Positions 57,371 to 64,000 of a stretch of DNA of 64,000 nt are shown here, in pieces. The translations under genes and the position numbers were made by a program. The notes below the pieces were generated by a model, which was not told where the DNA came from, ran no database searches, and saw only the letters and a list, made by a program, of their open reading frames with translations. Origin of the DNA: an uncultured Caldisericota bacterium (GTDB taxonomy: Bacteria; Caldisericota; Caldisericia; UBA6126). Where the stretch lies: positions 40,199-104,198 of the forward strand of contig CAYRWA010000058.1 of the NCBI GenBank assembly GCA_964427915.1. The letters run 5' to 3'. Every line of letters starts with the position of its first letter. Positions within the stretch are counted from its first letter, which is position 1.

Positions 57371-58289
57371 GGTAGGGTTCTCCTTTCGTAAATGCGGGAA
57401 TTTTTCCTGCCTGCTTAATCAAGTCACACGTTTTTTCTAGCGATAAAGACTGCTTGTGGTTGTATATCTTATAGAGATGTTTTACTGAATCAGGTGTGTA
57501 GTTAATCATGAAGACATTGGCTACATCGCGCAGGGCAATAATTGTAGAGGCATCACCTACCATAGAATGATATGCTGTCGTTATGGGGATCATTGTTTGC
57601 GGTTCATATAAACGCGAACATACCATGGACCGATATACAAGAGAAGGGTTACCCGTGACACTGTTTGCTAGTGGAGTGTTATCAGCAGGTATAAAAAGAC
57701 CTATTCCCCACATATCAAAATGATTTTGGCTTAAAAAAAGGAATTCATTGTAGATATCTGTAATTGTTTGTCCTGGTAAACCAATCAGGAAGCCAGAACC
57801 CAGAATAAAACCCGCTTTTCTGATTGATTGCTGGGCCAAAAGTCGACTCATTAATTCTTGATGAGGGTGATATGACCGATAAAGAATTGGATTCACACTT
57901 TCGTGCTTCATCAAAAAACGGGAAGCTCCAGCTTTTCTAAGCTTGCGATAAGCCGGAGATTCCCGTTCTCCAATCGATAGAGTAATCGCTATATCCGGAT
58001 AATAATGAATGATTTCAGAACAAAGATGCGCAATTGCAGATGTTGTATAGAAAAGATCTTCACCAGATTGCAATACAACCGATCGAATACCATCTTCATA
58101 TATATAGCCAACGATATCTATTATCTCTTCGATTGACAATCGGTATCTGGAAATAGAGTTGTTTGCTGAACGAAGCCCACAATATTGACAGGACTGGGAG
58201 CAAAAATTTGAAAACTCAATAATACCCCGTAGAAAAACTTGTTTTGCATAATACTTTTCTGTTAAAAAGTGACATTGACGAAGTAGCAC
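57309..58289 (-). CDS. hydE: [FeFe]-hydrogenase maturase HydE (radical SAM)
   Basis: CSQSCQYC, BioB-like, 326 aa. Confidence 0.8.
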   Translation of the reverse strand: MLLRQCHFLTEKYYAKQVFLRGIIEFSNFCSQSCQYCGLRSANNSISRYRLSIEEIIDIVGYIYEDGIRSVVLQSGEDLFYTTSAIAHLCSEIIHYYPDIAITLSIGERESPAYRKLRKAGASRFLMKHESVNPILYRSYHPHQELMSRLLAQQSIRKAGFILGSGFLIGLPGQTITDIYNEFLFLSQNHFDMWGIGLFIPADNTPLANSVTGNPSLVYRSMVCSRLYEPQTMIPITTAYHSMVGDASTIIALRDVANVFMINYTPDSVKHLYKIYNHKQSLSLEKTCDLIKQAGKIPAFTKGEPYRVNHKKHATSHWNTRTNKCR

Positions 58290-58350
58290 CTTTTCTTCTA
58301 TTGTTTGAGTTGTAGCGTTATCGCGCTGTAAATAGCGAAGGATTGTATCT

Positions 58351-59841
58351 TTAAAAGTATAAATCTCGCGTACCTCGTTTCACTTTTTCGTATGCTTGCA
58401 AAAGTTCTTGGACCTCTGTAGCCGGAAAGTTTTCTTTTACATCCAGGATTTCTTTTTGAATAATTTTTTCTCCTGCTGCTTTCGTTTCATTTGATGCAAA
58501 ATCATCAAGCCATTCTCGGAAAGTTAAGATGGCATTGAGTTTACAGAATTGTCCTTCTCGACCACAGCGGAGCAAATTCATAATCTTTTTCCCTGTGCGA
58601 CCACATCGATACCCCGCCGTACAAAATGAAGTTATATGGCCTGTTTCTGCAAGTTCACGAATTACATCGTCCAAGGATCGATCGTCTCCTAAAACAAATT
58701 GCTGTTCTTCTTCCTCTTGACGGAAAGTTTTTTCATAGCCTCCAATTTGTATGTTTGTAGAGGCGTCTCGCTGCGTCATAATAGGGTACATTTCTTTCAG
58801 TATTGCAGGAGATTCTCGTGCTGTAAGAATTAAACCTGTATAGGGTACAGATAGTCGAACGAGAGTAACAATTTTACGAAAATCCTCATCACTAACTGTA
58901 TAGTTGTAATGAATTGACATATCGGTATTGCTTGCGGGTTGCAATCGAGGTACTGAAATTGTGTGTGGTCCGATTCCAAAAACTTCTTCTAATACACGGG
59001 AATGATGTAGGAGCCCTAAGAGTTCATATCTCCAATCGTACAAGCCAAGGAGTGCCCCTATACCAACATCGTCTACACCAGCTTCTTGCGCTCGATGCAT
59101 ACAATACAGTCTCCACTCATAGTTACCCTTTAAAGTATTCTGTGGATGAATGCTTTCATATGTTTTTTGATGGTATGTTTCTTGAAACACCTGGTATGTA
59201 CCAATACCAGCCTGTTTTAATAGTGCCAGGTCCTCTATCGACATTGGTGCGGCATTAATATTTACACGTCGTATATTGCCATATCCATGAAGAGTTTTTT
59301 CTTTGACACTATAAATGGCTTTTAAAGATTCAACTATATAGTCTACACTCGATAGTGGATGTTCTCCTACAACACTAATCAATCGTTTATGCCCTATTTT
59401 TCCTGCGAGTACCCTTGTTTCTTCTTTTATCTCATCCATGGTTAGACGTTTTCTATGCATTCCTGAATTGTCTTTCTTGAAACCACAGTACTGGCAATTG
59501 TTAACACATAAATTTGACAAATACAAAGGCGCAAACGTAACAATACGATTGTCGTATACTTTCTTCTTGACTTCTTCTGCTGTATGAAACATCTCGTCCC
59601 ATAGGTCTGGATCTTGTACTCGCATAAGAGTAGCGAGATCTCCAAGCGAAAGTGATTCAATTGCTAATGATTTTTGCAGGATATCACGAACAGAATCGAT
59701 AGATGGGTTGCTTTTGTCAGCTAGTAAAGTCTGAAAGATACCATCTGAAATGAAATGAGCTCCATGTTTGTACTTTTCGATTTGGTGTGGAACTATAACG
59801 TTTTGTATCCATTTTTGAATAGAATGATTATTTGATTGCAT
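58351..59841 (-). CDS. hydG: [FeFe]-hydrogenase maturase HydG (radical SAM tyrosine lyase)
   Basis: CVNNCQYC; ThiH-like with a C-terminal Cys-containing extension; 496 aa. Confidence 0.8.
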   Translation of the reverse strand: MQSNNHSIQKWIQNVIVPHQIEKYKHGAHFISDGIFQTLLADKSNPSIDSVRDILQKSLAIESLSLGDLATLMRVQDPDLWDEMFHTAEEVKKKVYDNRIVTFAPLYLSNLCVNNCQYCGFKKDNSGMHRKRLTMDEIKEETRVLAGKIGHKRLISVVGEHPLSSVDYIVESLKAIYSVKEKTLHGYGNIRRVNINAAPMSIEDLALLKQAGIGTYQVFQETYHQKTYESIHPQNTLKGNYEWRLYCMHRAQEAGVDDVGIGALLGLYDWRYELLGLLHHSRVLEEVFGIGPHTISVPRLQPASNTDMSIHYNYTVSDEDFRKIVTLVRLSVPYTGLILTARESPAILKEMYPIMTQRDASTNIQIGGYEKTFRQEEEEQQFVLGDDRSLDDVIRELAETGHITSFCTAGYRCGRTGKKIMNLLRCGREGQFCKLNAILTFREWLDDFASNETKAAGEKIIQKEILDVKENFPATEVQELLQAYEKVKRGTRDLYF

Positions 59842-60109
59842 TAGAGAACTCCTTTTGATATTGTTTTGCTTTCACTAGGTGTGAAGAAACAGTGACGCAC
59901 GGAATCATCCCTAACTTACCTGTTAGAGAACCGATGTCATCGGTTGTACCATCCACCATCAAACAAATCAAATGAAGGTCTCTTTTTTCGTAAGGAATGC
60001 CCATTCGACCAACAATAATATTGCCAAAGTCAGAAAAAAGGGCGTTCACTTTTTGAACTGATGAATTGCGGTCTTCAATTACAACTGTTACGATACCTAC
60101 TCGATACAT
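59828..60109 (-). CDS. TM1266-type putative iron-only hydrogenase system regulator (ACT/NikR-C-like)
   Basis: 93 aa, overlapping the hydG start by 14 nt. The family is recognised from size, context and the NIIVGRMGIPY motif. Confidence 0.6.
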   Translation of the reverse strand: MYRVGIVTVVIEDRNSSVQKVNALFSDFGNIIVGRMGIPYEKRDLHLICLMVDGTTDDIGSLTGKLGMIPCVTVSSHLVKAKQYQKEFSNAIK

Positions 60110-60242
60110 AAAAAAAACACTCCTTTGGATCCGGGAGTGGGAAATACAATAATTCTTACATTATTGACTCCCCTGATCGCAGATAGATTCCTTGATCTCA
60201 GGATCAATTTAAATGGGTTTTTATACAGCTAAAGAACAAAAA
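60110..60242 (-). promoter_or_regulatory. Structured intercistronic leader with alternative SD-sequestering hairpins
   Basis: The minus-strand RNA reads GGGGAGT-(25 nt with ATAAT/ATTAT mini-hairpin)-CCCACTCCC-GGATCCAAA-GGAGTG-U8-AUG. CCCACTCC can pair either with the upstream GGGGAGT or with the SD GGAGTG. Confidence 0.4.
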
Positions 60243-60539
60243 CTACATACAACTACTACCACATCCGCAGCCGCAACCATCTTCTTTGGGTATTTCTACC
60301 ATGTTAGAAGAAACGGTAATACCATGAATGTTTTTTAATTCTTGTTCAAACGATTTGATTTGGTCTTCCTTAGCATCAATCATAAGAGAAATAAACGATA
60401 CATCACGTTGATCATATGGAACTCCCATACGTCCAACAATAATGTTAGCATGATTTGACAACACTTCGTTAATTTTTGAAGCAGTACATTCACGATTTAA
60501 AACAACAATACCAACTAAGCCAACGTGTGTATTATCCAT
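60243..60539 (-). CDS. Second TM1266-type regulator paralog with a C-terminal CGCGCGSSC tail
   Basis: Start moved to MDNTHVGLVGIV (60539, AGGAG RBS); NIIVGRMGVPY; C-terminus EDGCGCGCGSSCM. Confidence 0.6.
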   Translation of the reverse strand: MDNTHVGLVGIVVLNRECTASKINEVLSNHANIIVGRMGVPYDQRDVSFISLMIDAKEDQIKSFEQELKNIHGITVSSNMVEIPKEDGCGCGCGSSCM

Positions 60540-60568
60540 AAAAACTCCTTGTAAATAAAATAGATCTA

Positions 60569-61321
60569 CTAACACTTCCACGACTGGATATATTCCCAGT
60601 TTACACTGGGAATTTCTGGAGATGATACGTTCCATTCACCAGGTAAACCCCGTTCTTTTGCAGTTAGCTCAAAATGGCATAAGGCAATGCCCATATCAAC
60701 TTTCTGTAAATCTAGCAACAATGTTTGAAAACCGAAACCAATAAGACCTTTTTTCCTTTGTAAGAAAAAGTGAAACATGTCACCATCATATAAAATTCTC
60801 CAGGGTTGAAGGTTCATCCCCGAAGGTCCAATTCGTACCATTTCCAAGCAATCTCGATACAGAGGACACACAGAAGGATCAAGGGGAGTATCGGTCGTTT
60901 GGAAAAAGAAAAGTTCATTCCATGGCTTTTTTTGTTTTTTGGGTGGAATGCTGGCAGGATATCCTATAGGAGTAATCATCCCTACAGAAGGATGATTCGT
61001 AGAAGGAACAAGAGATTTAAAATGATGTTGAGGGAAAATACCAGTCCAACAAGTGGCCAGTTCCATTTGAGTACAAGTTAAAACAATACGCTCGAAGTGA
61101 ACACCAAATAGTACAGAATCAACCTGATTTGAATCTAAGCAAGCAATGATGTAATCGTGATGATACCTGGGAGAATATTCAATGAAAAATTCAAAATGTT
61201 CTGTTTTTTCTGTAAAAAGATACGATTCAAGAGTCTTTTTTGTGGTCGTATCAACTCGTTTAGACTGGTAGTTTCTACAAGAAAAACGTTTTTGAATCGT
61301 ATCTACGACATTGGTTAGCAT
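60569..61321 (-). CDS. Nitroreductase-family flavoprotein
   Basis: RFSCRNY...NLQPWR motifs. Confidence 0.7.
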   Translation of the reverse strand: MLTNVVDTIQKRFSCRNYQSKRVDTTTKKTLESYLFTEKTEHFEFFIEYSPRYHHDYIIACLDSNQVDSVLFGVHFERIVLTCTQMELATCWTGIFPQHHFKSLVPSTNHPSVGMITPIGYPASIPPKKQKKPWNELFFFQTTDTPLDPSVCPLYRDCLEMVRIGPSGMNLQPWRILYDGDMFHFFLQRKKGLIGFGFQTLLLDLQKVDMGIALCHFELTAKERGLPGEWNVSSPEIPSVNWEYIQSWKC

Positions 61322-61445
61322 GTATAATCATTCCTCCAAAAATTAGTTTCCCTTAGTATACCATGGTTTCTCATGAGATAGAGGGATAGGAAAGTAGAGG
61401 AAGCATGTCGCAGAATGCTTCCTCTTCTATATTTAAGGGAAGATT

Positions 61446-61889
61446 TTATTCAACTTCTACGCTAGCAATTTTGACCTCGGTTGGAAGAGTCATGGTTTTT
61501 CCTACGGGACAACGAGACTCAATGAAATGAGCAAATTCCATTTTCTTTTGATCATCTACATCTGCTTTTAAATGTAGGTGAATACGAACTTCTTTAAAAC
61601 CGACAGGAACCCCAGGTGTACCCTGTAAGAAACCATCCGGGTCAAGATCTCCTTCAATTTCAGCCCAAATACCCTTGAGTTCAATGTTAAATTGTTTGGC
61701 AAAAGCAGCACCAACAATACATTGACAGGAACCTAAGGCACACAAAATTGCCTCCACAGGATTCATTCCCTTATCAGTACCACCCAAGGATGGTGGTTCA
61801 TCCATAATAACTTTGAAATTACGTGATTCGTTTTCTACAGTAAAACCTTCTAGTTGTTTTGATACAGCTTTAAATGTTACAGTAGCCAT
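61446..61889 (-). CDS. OsmC/Ohr-family protein
   Basis: Paired cysteines (ALGSCQC, SRCPVG) and a matching length. Confidence 0.7.
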   Translation of the reverse strand: MATVTFKAVSKQLEGFTVENESRNFKVIMDEPPSLGGTDKGMNPVEAILCALGSCQCIVGAAFAKQFNIELKGIWAEIEGDLDPDGFLQGTPGVPVGFKEVRIHLHLKADVDDQKKMEFAHFIESRCPVGKTMTLPTEVKIASVEVE

Positions 61890-61955
61890 GTAGTCCTCCT
61901 TAATGTATATAACAAAGTAAACATCAAATAGTAAATTCTAGACTTTCAAAAAAGT

Positions 61956-63065
61956 TCAATAAGTTTTAAAAGGGGTATTTTTTTGCAAATCCAAAAGAAG
62001 AGAAAATGCTTGTATTCCATATTGAATCGTTTTGTCGCTAGGATAAAAATCGGTATGATGTAGACCTACTTCAAGTGAATTTTGCTCACGTGTTCCTAAC
62101 CAAAACATAAAACTTGGGTAGTTCGCAGAAAAGTATCCAAAATCCTCTGCAGCCCATATCATATCTGCATGTAATATAGGAAATTTTTCTTGCAATATAT
62201 CGCAACTCTTTGTAAAGAGTTCATGATGATTTTGAACAGGTGGACAATGGGAACCTTTCAGTATCGTTCCTTTCACGCCGTGATCGTTTTCTATTGTATG
62301 CACAATGTACTGGATTTTTCCTAGTACTTCTTCCAGTTTTTCAATTGTTCTCGCACGCGTAGTGATGTACATTCTTGCTTCAGCGGGAATACTGTTTCGT
62401 GTAACACCAGCAACAACTCGTCCTATGCCAAGAAAAGAATCATTTTTTTCTTCTTGCTGGTTCCAAAGAGAATTAAATCGGATACACGCTTTCCATGCAT
62501 CAATCCCTTTTTCAGGGCATGTTATGTGGCCCTGCTTTCCTTGGAATAAAATATCAATTTCTTGCGATGCTGCGAAAAGTGTTGTATCGTTAGATGCAAT
62601 ACTACCTATTGGGTATTTATCATGGACATGCAAAGCTAGGCAATTCAGAATAGACCATTGATTCAATATTTTTGTATGAAGCACTTGCTTAGCACCATCA
62701 CCTGATTCTTCACCAGGTTGAAACAGAAACAGAATGTTTTTCTTGGGCATTGTATTGATTACTTTTTGTAGTATTCCCCATAGAATGGCCGTATGAACAT
62801 CGTGTCCACATAAGTGAGAGGCCTTTATGACGGTAGTATTATCAGTAGACATGGGTAATGCATCAATATCTGCCCTAAGAAGCGTGCAAGGGAAAGATTT
62901 TAAGCCTTCATAGAAAACCAACAAACCTGTTTCAAGTGGTTGGAATACTTTAACAGAATGGATAGAAGAGAGTTCTTGCTGCAAAAGATGGGTTATTTTA
63001 TTCTCACGAAAAGCTGGTTCTGGATTACTATGCATCCACTTGCGAAGTTCAGTGGGTGATATCAT
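61956..63065 (-). CDS. M20D amidohydrolase (N-acyl-amino-acid amidohydrolase family)
   Basis: Start moved to MISPTELRKW (63065, AGGAG RBS); HLCGHDVH motif. Confidence 0.7.
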   Translation of the reverse strand: MISPTELRKWMHSNPEPAFRENKITHLLQQELSSIHSVKVFQPLETGLLVFYEGLKSFPCTLLRADIDALPMSTDNTTVIKASHLCGHDVHTAILWGILQKVINTMPKKNILFLFQPGEESGDGAKQVLHTKILNQWSILNCLALHVHDKYPIGSIASNDTTLFAASQEIDILFQGKQGHITCPEKGIDAWKACIRFNSLWNQQEEKNDSFLGIGRVVAGVTRNSIPAEARMYITTRARTIEKLEEVLGKIQYIVHTIENDHGVKGTILKGSHCPPVQNHHELFTKSCDILQEKFPILHADMIWAAEDFGYFSANYPSFMFWLGTREQNSLEVGLHHTDFYPSDKTIQYGIQAFSLLLDLQKNTPFKTY

Positions 63066-64000
63066 AGTGTTCTCCTTGTAGGCACTGCTCCAAAAAACTG
63101 GTGTTCGATTCAGCTTTTCGTATGATCTTCCATTTACCATTTTGCGAAAGAAAAACCTCAGCAGGAAGAGGAAAACCATTGTAGTGATTAGACATGGAAA
63201 ATCCATACGCACCGCTTTGGTGGATAGCAATAAGAGAACCTTGCGCAGGACAATTCTGAACCGTCGATGGAACAAGTATGTCCCCTGTTTCACAAAGACG
63301 ACCCATGATTCGAACAGATTTCTTTTGTGGAATTGGATCTGTTGAACTAAATGAATGATGAGCCTTGTACAAAGAAGGTCGAAGTAAATGATTCATGCCA
63401 CCGTCTGTGATACACATTGTTTCCGTTTCCGAATCACGATTTTCACAAGCTCGTACAATATACCAACCAGCTTCACCAATGAGGTAACGTCCAAGCTCAC
63501 ACCAAATACAAAAACCGGAAAATAGCGATGAAGCTATTGATTTCATGTGTTTTAGGTCTAGATGGTTCTTTTCAAAATAGGGGATGCCCCATCCTCCACC
63601 AATGTTAATGTCTGAAAAACCATAGTGCTGTGATAGTTTTGATATGTACGAATAAGCTTTTTCAAAAGAATGTGAGTCAGTGATCTGGGAGCCTATGTGA
63701 ATATGGAAACCTCGTATTGTTAGACCGTAGTCTTGAGCGGTACGTAAACAGAAATCAATGTCGTTCAGAGAAATCCCAAATTTATGTTGTTTCATGCCAG
63801 TCTTTATGTAGGGGTGAGTAGATACTTCGATCGACGGGTTAATGCGTAAAAATAGAGAAGGTAGAGGAAGATCATGATTACTCTTCAATTGCCCCCACTT
63901 TTGAAGCTCGTAAATGGAATCAATGTTTACATTTTGAATATGTTGTTTGGAAAAAAAAAGCATGTCCTCTTCTGATTTGACATTTCCATTCCATGTCATT
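63049..64000 (-). CDS. PLP-dependent decarboxylase of the Orn/DAP/Arg family (LysA- or NspC-like); the N-terminus runs off the right edge
   Basis: HIHIGSQ, GGGWGIPY, CETGD. Confidence 0.7.
   Translation of the reverse strand, partial: MTWNGNVKSEEDMLFFSKQHIQNVNIDSIYELQKWGQLKSNHDLPLPSLFLRINPSIEVSTHPYIKTGMKQHKFGISLNDIDFCLRTAQDYGLTIRGFHIHIGSQITDSHSFEKAYSYISKLSQHYGFSDINIGGGWGIPYFEKNHLDLKHMKSIASSLFSGFCIWCELGRYLIGEAGWYIVRACENRDSETETMCITDGGMNHLLRPSLYKAHHSFSSTDPIPQKKSVRIMGRLCETGDILVPSTVQNCPAQGSLIAIHQSGAYGFSMSNHYNGFPLPAEVFLSQNGKWKIIRKAESNTSFLEQCLQGEHYDITH

Noticed and set aside
60540-60635. 32-codon N-terminal extension of the second TM1266-like ORF
   Set aside because: It overlaps the nitroreductase 3' end. 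The internal ATG at 60539 has an AGGAG RBS and yields a protein of the same size as its paralog.
63066-63293. 76-codon N-terminal extension of the M20D amidohydrolase ORF
   Set aside because: It overlaps the decarboxylase gene. The internal ATG at 63065 has an AGGAG RBS and starts at the conserved N-terminal helix.
1-64000. Scan for CRISPR repeats, tRNA/rRNA, IS/transposase, integrase and phage genes
   Set aside because: No periodic direct repeats, no cloverleaf-like intergenic segments (all gaps are under 270 bp and AT-rich) and no recombinase-like ORFs were found. The window appears to be core chromosome.

Overview
64-kb window from a low-GC (about 35-38 %) anaerobe with Lys/Ile/Phe-rich proteins. 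Gene content looks Clostridia- or Thermotogae-like: SLH domains, Cu-amine-oxidase N-domains, Rnf, 2-oxoacid:ferredoxin oxidoreductases, HydEFG with TM1266-type regulators, and a COG1672 ATPase. The window is almost entirely protein-coding and syntenic-looking. I saw no rRNA, tRNA, CRISPR array, IS element or integrase. Layout: (i) 1-8 kb: a secreted S8 peptidase (runs off the left edge), an oxidative-stress islet (NUDIX, desulfoferrodoxin, ferritin), a PQQ-propeller lipoprotein, and an AAA+/DUF234 ATPase followed by a stand-alone DEDDh exonuclease. (ii) 8-37.4 kb: a roughly 29-kb uninterrupted minus-strand gene string: 4-subunit 2-oxoacid:ferredoxin oxidoreductase, sbcCD, minCDE, mrdA, mreBCD, an FmnA-like membrane protein, apbE, a 953-aa orphan membrane protein, rnfBAEGDC, a double-zinc-ribbon membrane protein, folC, valS, trxB, two lipoproteins and ytxH/DUF948. 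(iii) 37.6-46.5 kb: a plus-strand cell-envelope locus: an SLH-anchored tandem nucleotidase-like protein with apparently degenerate active sites, a DOMON-like lipoprotein, an NHL/CuAO-N protein, a Cys-less rhodanese membrane protein, a CxxCxxC membrane protein, CuAO-N-TlpA and YqeY. (iv) 46.5-54.7 kb: metallophosphoesterase, a second S8 peptidase, and a korABC-pepT-fba operon. (v) 54.7-64 kb: a secreted hypothetical protein, hydF-hydE-hydG preceded by two paralogous TM1266-type ACT-like regulators, nitroreductase, OsmC, M20D amidohydrolase and a LysA-like decarboxylase (runs off the right edge). The second regulator has a CGCGCG tail and sits downstream of a mutually exclusive SD-sequestering hairpin. 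The best candidates for undescribed biology are the orphan membrane protein wired into the rnf operon, the SLH pseudo-nucleotidase surface locus, and the regulator/RNA-switch module upstream of hydGEF.
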